Shown here piece after piece: positions 27,001-39,246 of a stretch of 64,000 nucleotides of DNA. The number at the start of each line of letters is the position of its first letter. Positions within the stretch are counted from its first letter, which is position 1. The stretch covers positions 3,906,001 to 3,970,000 of the forward strand of contig CM035352.1 in assembly GCA_020137815.1 (NCBI GenBank), given 5' to 3'. The position numbers and the translations under genes were made by a program. The notes beneath the pieces were generated by a model. That model worked only from the letters and a program-made list of their open reading frames with translations, was not told the DNA's origin and made no database searches. The DNA is from Hormiphora californensis. Its lineage: Eukaryota > Animalia > Ctenophora.

Positions 27001-30000
27001 TACCACTTGCTAATAAATGCGATAGAATGCGAACGAATTCAATGTTTTGCTACTAAATGCGATCTCATGCGATCTCATGCGATCTTATGCGAATGAATGC
27101 TAATTCATTACGGATACTCTCCGCCAAATTCGCAAAAAATCGCATAAAATCGCAAAAAATCGCATGATATAGCAAAGTATAGCAAGTCATCGCGAATCAT
27201 TGCAAATATTCGCAAACGTTCGCATAATTTCCGGCCGCTTGCGGCAGCGCTACTCAAACTCTTCGAAAATTTTCGAGTCGTCAGATTGCAGTAAAAGGTG
27301 TCCTCTAGACATTCTAGGGGACACATTTTTGAGATTTTGTTTCAAAACAGCTCCGAATGGACAAATAGGGAAGGCTAGTAATCACCGATTACTCCAGTCA
27401 AATATAGAAATCTCCGAATTGGCTACATAGCGGCCAAGTTTTCACGTGATGAGTTTCTGGAACAGCACTGCACCTCCCTGACATTAATATCTTAAATTCG
27501 CACCTTGACATTGCCAGGAAGCCCAAAGCGTACAACAACATGGGTAGGGAAAAAGTGAGAGATAGGCTAGGAACGGATGGTGCAGGTGATGTCAGCGTTC
27601 CCTAATCAAGCTACCATTTCCCCAAAATTCGCCCGTAGGGCGAACGGGCCTACTAGTATAATATATGCGTATTGTGTGCTTTAGGTTTGCGTACCTTATA
27701 AAAGATTACAAAAGGTCAATCTCACAGCTATATAAAAACATCTTTGTAACTCAGACAAAGGATTATACTGCACCCGTTTTTAAAAGCACAATTGTGCTTC
27801 GCCTCTTCGCGAACTTTTCAAAGTGAGCATTGGGCACAGTGTCAGAGCTAAATGCTTTAAATCGAATAGTTGAATGGAATGGAATCGTATTTTATAGGGT
27901 TGCCCCGTGTCCGTAAAGTACTTTTTTCAAATTAGAGGACTTCATGACGTTAACCCTTTGGGGACGTTGGTGACGCAGTCACCCTTACAACTCGAGTGCG
28001 TGTAGCGCACCAAAACGAAGCCCGCAAGCGGGCTGAGAGAGGTGACGGCGCCACCAAAAAAGTGGTCTAGAAAGACGCTAAATGGGTTCAAAGTACTGGG
28101 TCACCTGTGACCCAATACAATCGTCTCCAAAGGGTTAAAGTTCGAATTTTCAGAATGTGAACCGGGGATGAGGGAAATGAAGTTTTGAATTGAAATTGGT
28201 AGCGTGCGACGTGAAATGCTCTGTTTTGTGCACATGCGGTTCACATTCTTAAAAGAGTTTTTTTCAGATTGAAGACAGAGTGGCAGGGATACTCACCTAT
28301 CAGATAAATGATGCTTCCCTCCAAAACATGCTGGTCAGTAGTGAGCTTGCCAGAGCACTCAACCAACCGGAAAAGGCAATATACGCAGTTGATGAGTTTG
28401 GATTCCTTGTTTTCGTTCTCTCGCAGGTTTGTGTAACATATTAGAAATATTAGGGGTTGTTGGTAAATAAAACTGGTAATAACAGCTGAAACATCGAAGT
28501 CAGAAAATGTTACACCGATCCCCTACCCCCACTTGCCTAGCTAGACCCCCTAGCTAGACCCCCGAACCAAACCAATAACCGAATCGAAAATCGGAAACTG
28601 AATCGAACCGAACCGAACTTATTTTAAAAAGCAAACCGGAAAAAAAACTTCCAAATCCAAAACCGAACTGAACCGGGAAAAAATGACTTCTATTACAGAA
28701 CCGAATTTTTTACCTCAAAAAAACCGAACAGAACCGAAAAAAAATTTTACCTCCATACACCGCGAACTGAAAAATGCTTTTACCGAACTTGAAAATCAAA
28801 AATCGTAGATCGTCCGTTTTCTATTTCTTTTCCTTTCACTTTTTCCCTACAGCAGAATCGAACTCAACTACGACTATGGACGGGGGCAGAGTTCTACAGA
28901 GACAAACCCATGCCACCACTCCTCCAACCCAATACCGATCAGTCGGACAGTTCGATATTCTTTGGAGATGTCCAACCCGTGGTAATGGACTCCCTTATCG
29001 GCACTTTTTACAAGTAAATAGATAAAGGAGCGGAAGTTATTATGTGTATCGATCGGGAAGCGGTTGAGAATTACGTATCGTCGATTTTAAGGGACTTACA
29101 AAAAGTATCAGGGTATGTATCAAAAAATATTCGAATCGAGTCGATCTTTGGGCCATCAAAAAAATCGATTCGATTTGATCTTCGAGCGATCAAAAAACTT
29201 TTGATTCGATCTTTGGGCGATCAAAAAATATCGATTCGATCTCGATCTCGATCTCTGAGCTCAAACTACTACTCGATTAGAATCGAATCGATTCGATCTT
29301 TTGATTCGACTCGATATTATCGCCGGTTCCTAGGCACCGTGCACGCATGCTCCGCGAACATACCCGTACTTTTTGTAATTTGCTCTGTTGTACAAGATGG
29401 ATATAGATCTATACTGCGACCTCATTAGGCCTAGAGATCACGATCTAGGCCTATAATCTACTTATTCACCCGATGAGTCGGACGGATATCATACATGATA
29501 CAACCTGTGTGATTTTCTTCAACTTCACCCAATTACTAGATTAGTAGATGTACCGATACGGTGGAGGTATGATTACGTGATTCTTCACCTTTATCACCCC
29601 GAATAGTCGCCGCGTATTCATTCACGATTCGAAAGAAATCACACGACAATGGATAATTGGAAAATTCCAAAATCTGAAATTTTCAGGGAAATTGGGCAAA
29701 CATATTTCGGGGTGTCCTCCACGAAACTAAATTCAGTTTAGTGTTGAAATTTAGAAGTCAAGTTAGTGAGTGACTATTATTTCGCTAAACTTTAGAAAAC
29801 CGTCCACGAACAACATGTTTCGGGGCTTGGTCCGACCCACGTGATACTGAGGTGTTATACATGTGATAGAATGCGACACCCAATAGGCACTCTCTCTTTT
29901 CCATCACGTGATGATATCAGCGTGACATACAATAATGTGGAACGTAATGTGTGAATTGAGATAGAGATCCACTGGCCAATCAGGACACTTGATTCTCAAT

Positions 30001-32307
30001 GTGCGATAATTAATAGCCAGTGCCACACCTGAGAGGGGGATAACGAGAGGGGCATAATGAAAGGGGGAACCGGGAATGAGAGATTGGGAGATAGGAGGGA
30101 AAGAGATGGAGAATGAGATATGGGAATGAGTTTGGGAAAGAGGGGAGAATGAGAGGGGGAATTAGAGGGGGAATGAGAGGGGGATAATGAGCGGGGGAGT
30201 GAGAGATTGGGATATAGTGGGAATGAGAGGGGAATGAGAGGGGGAATGAGAGATGGGAATGAGAGATGGGAATGAGTTTGGGAGAGAAGAGGGAATGAGA
30301 GGGGAGAATGAGAGGGGGACTGAGATTGGGAGAGAGGGAACGAGAGGGGAATGAGAGGGAAGGAGAGAGAGACTATAAGAGAGATATGTACTTACTTTTG
30401 ATACTTTTGCTATAATTTTGCTAGTTAAACATAATACAGGCAATTCTATCCGGTATAATATTTCATTTTGGCCCCCTAGTACATATCTTGAGAAGTACTG
30501 TCTAATTATACTCTTTCATATATCCTCTCATATTTCTGGGATATGCACACAAGGAATTCTCCCTCTTATCTCGTTCCTTTAAAATGATTTTTTCAATTTT
30601 AAACAATTTCAATATCTCAAGTTCATCATGTAAGCATGTATGTCAAAGACAGCCTTGGCCATTTTGGGTAATTTTGGGGTCGTTTTGGGAACGCATTTCC
30701 ACAATAGTAAAATTTAGTTTCAATTTAGACAGCCTTTGGGTTGGCTAAATTCTCAGCCTGTTTAGTCGAAATTTTAGTGCTAGGTTAGTGGGGCTTATAT
30801 GGGTTCAGTGTGAAATGGGGCGTGAAATCACGTGACTTGTACCACGTGGAGGGGGTTTTAGTATGGAACTAATCCCTCTCTAAAACCCTACTCAAAGCAC
30901 AAAAAACCAACACTAATTCTGTGGTTCGTGGACGAAATCGATAGAGCTCTCCAATTTTCACACTCAAAAGGCCTAATTAGTCGAGATCTAAAAGTTTAGT
31001 ACTGTTCGTGGAGGACACCCTGGGGAAGTTTTCGGTAAATCGGGGTTCCGGTAAATCCGGACCCGATAAATCGGGGTCCTACTTTACATATATATTTGCC
31101 AGGCGAGAGGTGATAGATAAGTGTTACGATCAATGTCGTAAGGGTGATCCCGGTGCTGGGGATCCCGCATTGTTCGATGTGAAAATGGGTGCAGCTCCAC
31201 AACTCTCCTCCATCCTCCTCACAGTGTTTTTAATCTTCCAAAAGGTATAATATGCATCATAATTGGAGGTGAAAACCCAAGTTCAATAATTCTTGATCTT
31301 ATTTCTGCGAATAGAATATTGTCATATTTTATGACAATATATTGTGTAATGAGACATGTATCTCAAGAATTTTAATATTTCCAAATCTTCTAGGTTCTAT
31401 TGAGGGCGGTATTTCTGACGGGGTTATTTGGAGATCCAACCCATGGTTACATGCCGGCAGGGCGACACTTTGCTAAGCCTCTCATTGAGTCCTGCTGCAA
31501 AGCCCACTACACATATAGGAGAGATTTTTCCGTGACATCATCGAAATCTTTCAAATTTTCCTACGAGACACCGGGATCAAGGTATTTGTTATGCAGGTTC
31601 CGTTTATATGTTTTGCCATTTCCATGAAGATTGAAGGAGAAAACGCCAGATCAGTTCATAATTTGGGTTAAACCAGGCAGAAACTTCATCCCGAGCATTC
31701 TGGTAAATCAAGGGGTCCGACTGTAGTATAGTTTTTACTTTTTGGCATTGTCATTTGTCACCCCTTCAAAGCAAGGCCCATTCTTAAAAAACCCTTATTC
31801 AGGAACTGCACTGTACAAAGTGTAATAGCTGCCCCTGTCCTTGGAACGAACCTTATTTTGGTGCTTGAACGAGATAAGCAGGACACAGCCGTTTCAGCAG
31901 AGTTGAACATATGTCCCGGAAATCACACTCTCACTCCTCTTAGAATGCAAGGTAGGTGCACATGCGTTTCTTTATTGTGAGTGTCAAGAGTTTTTCGAGA
32001 CCTATACACAGAGAAATCTCTCGGAAATGTTTCATAGTGGGGTACCCCTTTTTTATTACATGTAATAAATGATTCTTTGTAAAGAATAAAGAGCGCATTA
32101 AGAAGCAACTATATATCCCTCACAGAGAGACTGTTAAAAAGCAACCTCACGGTATGCAAGTTCGACTACACGAAAAGATCCCCAACTCGTACGGGGAAAG
32201 GGAAGTGCAGCCAGAGAGTACAGCATCAGTGTAGCGCTGCATGGGGACCTTCTGTGGCAGCTTCCATCATTATCATTGCCATGGCAACAACATGGGGAAT
32301 GCTATAG
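10561..32307 (+). CDS. CACNA2D: Voltage-gated calcium channel alpha2/delta subunit-like (VWA + Cache domains, predicted GPI anchor), 23 exons, about 1150 aa
   Basis: Exons: 10561-10725, 10898-11046, 11292-11408, 11522-11688, 11834-11936, 12196-12286, 12409-12523, 12628-12915, 12996(or 13020)-13159, 14485-14605, 14737-14862, 15098-15207, 16240-16386, 16559-16744, 16908-17057, 17240-17325, 26175-26373, 28268-28426, 28853-29013, 31103-31244, 31394-31581, 31803-31951, 32126-32307. All are GT-AG and phase-compatible. Motifs: signal peptide; [15 protein letters not shown]; [29 protein letters not shown]; [11 protein letters not shown]; LACELGG; [14 protein letters not shown]; LLGVVAIE; ILTHP; [10 protein letters not shown]; VDEFGF; [13 protein letters not shown]; TNLILV; C-terminal CSA followed by a hydrophobic tail. 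Confidence 0.92.
13506..13617 (+). promoter_or_regulatory. Putative Pol II promoter of the nested pro-peptide gene
   Basis: GC box GGGGCGGGG at 13506-13514, inverted CCAAT (ATTGG) at 13532-13536, TATATAG at 13582-13588, and an Inr-like TCACT about 30 nt downstream of the TATA. Confidence 0.55.
13666..14277 (+). CDS. Neuropeptide/prohormone-like precursor (203 aa) with 8 x A[IL]FY[AE]-KR repeats, nested in alpha2/delta intron 9
   Basis: ATG in AAAATG context and hydrophobic signal peptide [13 protein letters not shown]. Eight acidic repeats each end in AIFYA, ALFYA or ALFYE followed by dibasic KR. Codons vary synonymously between repeats while the motif is conserved. Confidence 0.9.
   Translation: MLILFLLPATILAASMDHAARYNNLLMNEEGEAIFYAKRDVEGEVIEDQLGEALFYAKRSTTDDIIESESGQALFYAKRSEGSEEEGALFYEKRSADQETILNEEGDAIFYAKRSANDVISNEAGDAIFYAKRAAEIIESEEGEAIFYAKREADDTILNEEGDAIFYAKRSADMPHLTAEEVEAERIKAMELYHKVGEFLGFN
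14362..14367 (+). terminator. Candidate polyadenylation signal of the nested pro-peptide gene
   Basis: AATAAA 85 nt after the stop codon, followed by a T-rich stretch, and upstream of the host acceptor at 14484. Confidence 0.5.
17695..17794. repeat. (GA)n microsatellite
   Basis: Direct reading. Confidence 0.95.
17999..19003 (-). CDS. Rhodopsin-like (class A) GPCR, 334 aa, nested antisense in alpha2/delta intron 16
   Basis: Seven hydrophobic segments, N-terminal NDS sequon, TM1 GTFSN, TM2 LxxxD, TM3 Cys with ECL2 YCW, SISR at the DRY position, TM6 FNIP, TM7 [13 protein letters not shown] acceptor lies immediately before the ATG. Confidence 0.93.
   Translation of the reverse strand: MGNDSDIPLEEQFSVTADYVLLSIYVIVFTVGTFSNLTAFTYFYSKKKDVPTYLYLFISLNDMIICFMTFPVIPSLGNSRKPTLYDFPFICTVVGMFAKGQASFSVFLVAILSISRTLILIKPFVQIPKRSILIIVAVFLIYLILNQTIPLVLGKTTFIYTGSEIYCWDEGINAIWNQLDTVLDIIVQALPILPITISCIISCVWVRTTTPSVDQDCQDKKYSASCTIIIMTLVYILFNIPLVANYVLWTIIEMDKDLVYPAHFYDTPFMYNYSWNISDILLISMNSLVNPIIYFSRISSYRYWVMDKGNKFVSRYYDFSFYLKSRNLLPRVFS
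22530..22586. repeat. 14-bp tandem repeat (CTTGCCTAGCTAGA)x4
   Basis: Direct reading; one further unit at about 28532. Confidence 0.85.
23910..24006. repeat. (GA)n microsatellite
   Basis: Direct reading. Confidence 0.95.
26752..27377. mobile_element. MITE with internal 10-bp AAAATGCGAT-type repeats
   Basis: TIRs (CA)GCCTTCCCTATTT / AAATAGGGAAGGC(TA). The flanking duplication reads as 5-bp GTAAT or 9-bp TAGTAATCA depending on where the ends are placed. Confidence 0.8.
27628..27658 (+). mobile_element. Helitron-like 3' terminus
   Basis: GC-rich hairpin TTCGCCCGTAGGGCGAA/ACGGG followed by ACTAGT. Confidence 0.45.
27954..28134. mobile_element. piggyBac-like MITE
   Basis: TTAA-CCCTTTGGGGACG ... 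CGTCTCCAAAGGG-TTAA. Confidence 0.85.
29710..31020. mobile_element. TIR element with purine-rich GGGAATGAGA internal repeats (about 30030-30375)
   Basis: 16-bp TIR GGGTGTCCTCCACGAA / TTCGTGGAGGACACCC; no clean TSD seen. Confidence 0.6.
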
Positions 32308-33424
32308 TTTGAAAGTTGGGTGTTTTGTAGTTTTTTTACCGGACATTTTTACACTTGAAATGAACAAAACAATATTTGACATGGTCTGTGGCAATTCGTG
32401 CCTGAACATTGCGTTAGCGATAGTTCTTGTTGAGTATGGAGTCTCACCGCTTACTCAACAAGATAGTTCCTTGTCGGAGTTTTCCCCAGAAGAAGAGGGT
32501 CTGTGACAGACATCATGTGCAGGAGGTGTTGTAACCGGGAATTGCACATTTTGCAGACATGTGTAGCCGGAGAAATTACAATCATTAATCAGGCGGGGGA
32601 ATTTCAATATATAGTACACTATATAATATATAGTGTCGATCTAGAAAGTGTCTAGTTGAACTATGGTAGGGTAACAGTGTGACACTTTATACGTGTGTGA
32701 TTCTTTTAAAATGATATGTCAATTGTTTTTTGTTTTACACGGTCGCTTGTAGTGGGAAAACGGTAATGGAAAACGAAGATACAGTAAGACGACGCGCAAC
32801 CGTGACCAATAAGGGCGCTAGTACGTGCTGACACATGAACTTTTTGCCGCGCGTTATGCACCGTGCGCGTCTCCTTACTGTATTTTGCGTTACCGTATTT
32901 TGACTGCAAGCAGCACTGTTTGTTGTTAAAAAAGTGTTTTCTTTGAAACAAGGGATAGAGTAAGGGTACGACTGTATTGGTTATATACTCTCATCTTACT
33001 TGGTCGGGCTCAGCGTCACAGCACCACTCGGGCCAGGTGCAGTGATTGGAGTACAAGTTTGAGGGCACCCCCCCCCCCCCCCGGGGCCCGATGCGATAAA
33101 TTTCTATTATGAGGCGCACCCAATGGGTGCGCTAGTTAACTAAATAACGAAGCTATTTATTTAATTTATCGCGAAGAAATGCATCACGATTATCGTCATT
33201 GTTATAATTCATATCTTCAGCAAACCGCTACGGCGCTATTTATGATGAGAAATGTTTCTAAGAAAGACACTATTTCTATGGAACAACTGACTTAGTAGAT
33301 GGGGGTAAGTGACTTAGTGACTTACCCCCAATCTACCCCCAATCTACTGTGTCTGGTGAATTTTTTTGCCATTATATATGGTCAAAAACGTCACCGACAC
33401 GGGATTTTCCAATTTGCTTTATAT

Positions 33425-34754
33425 CAGGAAACGACCGAACCGGGTTTTTTTCCACCGAACCGAACCGAACCGAATTTGAAAAACTTTTTTACCGAACCGA
33501 ACCGAACCGAACCGAACCGAATTTCGGTAACCGAACCGAACCGAACCATGCAAAACTTTTTCTGTATAAGTGTTTCTCTAAAAAGTCATGGAGAGCACCG
33601 ATCAAGGTATTGAGAATCATTCTCTGAAATTTTGTTAAAAAATGTTTGAAAAAATTTCAAAGTCAATTTTGTGAAAAAATTTTCAAAGTCAATTTTATCG
33701 TAAATTTTCTATGTCAATTTTTGCGTACGAATCGTGTTTCGAATCGGCAATGCTATACGGGAATGGTATTGCTAATTAGAAGGATTAAACGAAAATTTCC
33801 TAATTAGATTTGATGGGGGATCACGTATCAGCACAATCCATCTCGGACCCACTAATTACCAACATCACTCCCGTTTAGCATTGTCGATTAGAAACACGAT
33901 TCGTATACCATAATTTACTTAAAATATTTTTCACAAAAAAAATTTCACAAAATTTCAGGTAATGATTCTCAATACCTTGATCGATGCTCTCCATGAATTT
34001 TTAGAGAAACATTTAATTTTGTGAAAAAACTTTGTAAAATATTTCAAAGTCAATTTCGGGAAAAAAAAATTATGTCAATTTTGCCGTACGAATCGTGTTG
34101 CGAATCGGTGATGCTATGCGGCAGTGCTCTCGCTAATTAGCAGGATTTATTGAAACATGAATCGTTTCCCCTAAACTTCCTAATTAGATTTGATGGGGGA
34201 TCACGTATCAGCATAATCCATCTCGGACCCACTAAATAGCAACATCACTCCCGCTTAGCAATACCGATTCGAAACACGATTCGTACGCAAAAATTGACAT
34301 AGAAAATTTTCCATAAAATTGACTTTGAAATATTTTCCAAACTTTTTTACAAAATTTCAGAGAATGATTCTTAACACCTTGATCGGTGCTCTCCATGAAT
34401 TTTTTGAAAAAAAAGTTTCTGAATTTGTTGACCCTCTCATGAGGACACGATTCGACGGGAAGTCAGGTATCAAATCAATCCATATCGAACCCGCTAACTA
34501 GCGAAATCATTTCCACATAGCATCACCGATTCGAAATAGGGTTAATACGGCGAAATTGACATTGAAATCCATACAATTTTCGTGAAATAATTGAAAAATT
34601 TTTCATGAAAAAGCCTGATTTTTGGGCATTTTTTGACCAAAAAATTCGGTGGTTCGGCCAAAATTTCCTACCGAACCGAACCGAACCGAACCGCCCAAAA
34701 AACACCGAATTTCCGAACCGAACCGAACCGAACCGAATATTCGGTCGCTTCCTG
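33425..34754. mobile_element. Non-autonomous hAT-like element with (AACCG)n subterminal repeats
   Basis: TIR CAGGAAACGACCGAA / TTCGGTCGCTTCCTG, with 8-bp TSD CTTTATAT at 33417-33424 and 34755-34762. Confidence 0.88.
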
Positions 34755-35104
34755 CTTTATATATAGTTACCCACTTAGAGTGAGTCAAAATCATCAAGAG
34801 ATTGGGCAATACTGGGACTGTATGTATATTGGACTGAGCGATGGGACTGAGCTGTTTTTGCATGAGAGACAGAGTTGTTTTGGCAGAGTGTTCACCAATC
34901 ACCATGGCTTCATATTTACTCTCATGGCCCCTAAATTTAACCGTCCCCTGGTTCCACCTGTTTTGTTCAAACCCACGCGGAGAGAGAAAGAGGATCGAGC
35001 AAGGCAAAGTTCCACGTGCTCTGTCAGGCCAATGCTCTGACCACCGTTCTCGCACGTACCGAGAAATGAGAATAGGTTCAGACCAATGCTCTGACAGCAC
35101 GTGC

Positions 35105-35670
35105 TGGTAATCTATTGTCCCAGACTCTGAGTCAGAGGCCACGTCTTTTTTACTTCATGTCTATATGAAGTAAATAAGACGTGGTCTCTGACTCAGAGTC
35201 TGGGACAATAGATTAGGATACTTGGAGCCGTCCATCTCCACGTGGGTTTGAACAAAACAGCTGGAACCAGGGGACGGTAGGAGAGTAGATATATATCTAC
35301 TCTCCTACCGTCCCCTCGTTCCACCTGTTTTGTTCAAACCCACGCGGAGATAATGGATCGAGTAGCCTAGCCGGCTCCAAGTATCCTCGCTCCTAGCGAT
35401 GTGAGCTTTTTTACTTCATATCGATATGAAGTAAAAAAGACGTGGCCTCTGACTCAGAGTCTGGGACAATAGATTAGGATACTTGGAGCCGTCCATCTCC
35501 GCGTGGGTTTGAGCAAAACAGCTGGAACCAGGGGACGGTAGGAGAGTAGATATATATCTACTCTCCTACCGTCCCCTGGTTCCACCTGTTTTGTTCAAAC
35601 CCACGCGGAGATAATGGATCGAGTAGCCTAGCCGGCTCCAAGTATCCTCGCTCCTAGCGATGTGAGCTGT
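35105..35670. repeat. Tandem (about 260 bp) repeat built from hairpin units
   Basis: Hairpin at about 35110-35213. Two direct copies (about 35165-35410 and 35425-35670) each contain the palindrome GGACGGTAGGAGAGTAGATATATATCTACTCTCCTACCGTCC. Confidence 0.8.
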
Positions 35671-36160
35671 CTCCATTCATTTCTGTTCTCTGCAGTGTCA
35701 GCAATAGCACGGACAGACTGGGATTGACCCGTAGCGTTTCGATAATCGTTCAGAGCACAGGAGGTCCAGGTTTTACACGGTTTTCCTCTGGAACGTCTCC
35801 CATGACTAGGCAGGCACCCAGCGATAGAGTTTGTTGGGCACCCTTCCCTCAGGCATTATAATCAGGTGTCCAAACCAGCGGAGTCTCCCATTGCCAATGA
35901 AATTCGAGATTGGTTCTATCCCCGCCCTCTCCAGTACTCCCTGTTAGATACTCTCCTAAACCACTGTATTCTCAGGATTCTACGCAGGCACCGTTGGTGA
36001 AATGCCTCCACACGGCGATCTTAAACCTGCGTAGTAGTCCAGGCCTCACAACCATAGAGAAGCACCGTCAGAACAGCACCGTCAGAACAGCAGCCCTGTA
36101 TTACAGGGCCTGTAAATCCTAATCCTAGTATCTCTGGCAGAGATACTTGCAAGACAATTG

Positions 36161-36437
36161 GGGTCACCACACACCAAAGTTAAAATTAAAATTAAAATTT
36201 TGATTTTAAACCCGCACACACCAGCGGCCGTTAAAATTTCTCTCTCCATTCTAAAAGTAACGATCTCACGCACGATTTTGACGGTCGCGTTGGATGACAA
36301 AATTTTAACATGCCGTCAAAATCGCGCGCGAGATTGTTACTTTTAGAATGGGGGAGAGAAATTTTAACGGCCGCTGGTGTGTGCGGGTTTAAAATCAAAA
36401 TTTTAATTTTAATTTTAACTTTGGTGTGTGGTGACCC
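36161..36437. mobile_element. Palindromic PIF/Harbinger-like MITE
   Basis: Long TIRs starting GGGTCACCACACACCAAAGTTAAAATT; 3-bp TSD TTG. Confidence 0.85.
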
Positions 36438-37440
36438 TTGGTTTTTTGGGCAGAGATTCTCTGCTTTATAATATAGACTAGAAAGCCCGTTGGAGTAGAG
36501 CGCCCGTTGACCCGAATCCCCACGCTCTCCCTCACCCAGGAGCACCCCTCTCACCCGCTGCACCAACCCGCACTTGCAGCCTTCAATCACCCGCTGCGTA
36601 GGGGCTATGGCACCTCCTTGACAACCCCCCTCTATTTGCACGTGTGGATACTACATCACCCGTAATCCTCCGTGTAAGATGAATGAGTTTGCTACGCCTT
36701 TGATATCAATAGATTGATTGCAATTGCAACACCTTGGAATTAGTTTTTGTGATTCGGATCCTCCTCTTTCTCTTCGCGATTAATCACAATGCACCATCTA
36801 GATCCTAGATAATTACGATTAGCTCAACGTTTTCCGTTGTCCAACCAGTCGGAGGATACAGTATATTATTGTTACCGCTTGCACAAGACAATGTATTACA
36901 TTACTTTTCTTGCAAAGCAATTAATATTATGCCCTTTATATAGTTTATAACTTGAGAGTTGAGTCACTTGAAACTTTTGGTGCATCTTGCAGCCTGAATT
37001 TATTATTCAAATATTATTAAGATTTAAATTATAACATAACTGAGATCAGTTCTGAGAAATATTTGGTGTGATTTGCCCCTATAAAACTGATTCTCAAAGA
37101 CTATAAAAAATGCCTTCACGTGCTTTCAACGCGTTATTCGTATCACGTGATTAGCGCAGTGCAATACGGTGCTGGGGCATCATCTAATGTTAATGTATTT
37201 AGTTGTTAATGCTCTGTACGGTGTGAGTTGGTATCACAGTTACAACTGCTTGCCATGCACAGCTTATGAATAATATCAATATACTCATTGCCCCCCGTAA
37301 ATAATAAATATCACCTTTTAAAGAGTTCATTATAATATTGGCCATGGAAGCTCTTGGAGCTACCCTTGATTGAATTCTATTCATTCTTCTAACAATGCGA
37401 TAGGAATCAACTGTTTTCCCAACCCGGCTAACTCATCAAA

Positions 37441-37698
37441 ACAATAAGAGTTTTATTTACCTGCATTGTAACACCTTACTCAAAATAACTAGCTTTTATG
37501 TCATGAATATATTGAACAGCAATTAGACTTGCACAAATCAAGTGAAGATAGAGCCGAGTATATATTAATATATACTCGGCTCTATCTTCACTTGCTTTGT
37601 GCAATTCTAATTGCTATTCAATATATTCATGACATAAAAGCTAGTTATTTTGAGTAAGGTGTTACAATGCAGGTACCTGGTAAATAAAACTCTTATTG
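37441..37698. repeat. Spacer-less palindrome of about 258 bp
   Basis: Arms centred on ...GAGTATATATTAATATATACTC... with few mismatches. Confidence 0.9.
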
Positions 37699-39246
37699 TA
37701 ATTATAATTATCAAAGTACTAAGAGCAGTCAGACCCCGATTTACCAGGATGCTTGATATAATCGGGATGAGTCTGTGTCATGGGGAAAGTCAGCCGCCAG
37801 TTAAGTCGGTTTTTGTTAAACAGTGTCTACACTCTACCCCCTTTCTGTTTTTTACCAACCCGCAGTCAAACAAAGCAAGGCAAATTTTTGTGAGGTAAAT
37901 CGAGGTTCCGGTAAATCGGGGTCCGATCACTGTGTATATTGGTAATTTCCTGTAACTCTCCCAAATCGAGTCCGGCTCCGGGGGTACTCTGTCTTTTGTT
38001 TGGGGCACACAACTCACCTCCCCCTGTATATAATGTAGCTAGTTATTGTGTAAATCTAAAAGCAAGCTTTTGTTATTGACAGAATCTTGCAGCCATGAAG
38101 AATCCCCCTCCTGCAATTAGAAGGAGAAGCATCACCCTCTACAATTGGGTCATATGGGGGGGGGGCTAATTAGAAGGATCAGAGCTACTGGGGGACACTA
38201 TTTAACTGGTGCACTAGTTGCTATCTCTTCATATACTTGACAGTCATTGGCAATATATTGAGCTGTTCCACCCGTTTTTATAAAATCTCGCGGTGATCAC
38301 GTCGAGGCAGTGCCAACAAATTACAAAGCTCAAGTTCAGTCCCTCTTTATACTCTTTATACTTGCACACGCTGTTTGAAACTTTGAATCGCAAAATAAAA
38401 AATATTAAAGTTGGCCCAGCTAGCACGTAATTTTAATTGTTTTTCGTCGTCGCTCACCCGCAATCACATGTCTCCATAGAGGGGGTCAACACGCACATTC
38501 AATCGAGCTCATATGGCACTAAATATTTAAAGAGCAGAGAATGCTATTAAATTTCCATAGTGTAATGTAGGATCTCTGGCCTTGCTTAATACTGCAAGCT
38601 GCTACTAGGTTGTTTCGTTTTGTTAAGCTCATGCAGGGAGGGGCCTTAGACGATCTTAATAAAACGGGGGCTTAGACAATTTTGCATAAGAAATCCGTAT
38701 GCAAAGATTGTCTAAGCCCCATCTTATTAAGAATGACAAAGGATTGTTTTGTTCAAACCGTTTTCATTTTTCGGGGTGCATTCAGACAGGGTCGAGCGAG
38801 CTGCAAGACAAATTAGGCACCGTTGGAACGTCACGCAATTTAACTCGTTGAAATAAGCGGGCACAAGGGTACCGTGAGCATTTCGCTGCAAGCTGTGCTT
38901 ATCGTGAAAGTATTGAACACAGCTTGCAACATTGAATACATCATACTGCGTGCCATATATAACAGTTTTATCGAGAACAGTCTTTAGTTTCCTATTTTCA
39001 TAATTGTATATCTAGAGAACCCGGCCATCCATGAATTTCAGAGAGTTCAAACTCAGTGCGGGGTCTGACGACTGGCAGCGCTAGACAGCCACACATATAA
39101 TAGATCCTTAATTAGGCAGAAGTATGTGCAGTAGTCTAGCACGATTCGAATTAAAACTTGTTCAGTTTCTGTGAATTGGTGATGAAGCTGTTAGATGGGA
39201 TATAAGATGTTCACAATGCGACCCAACTTCTTCTTCTTCTTCTTGC

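Noticed and set aside
31008-31250. Hydrophobic tail and stop as the end of the alpha2/delta gene
   Set aside because: A donor at 31244 splices in phase to three further exons encoding the delta part and the GPI-like signal.
33299-33627. TEPNR-repeat ORFs
   Set aside because: These are translations of the (AACCG)n subterminal repeats of the hAT-like element.
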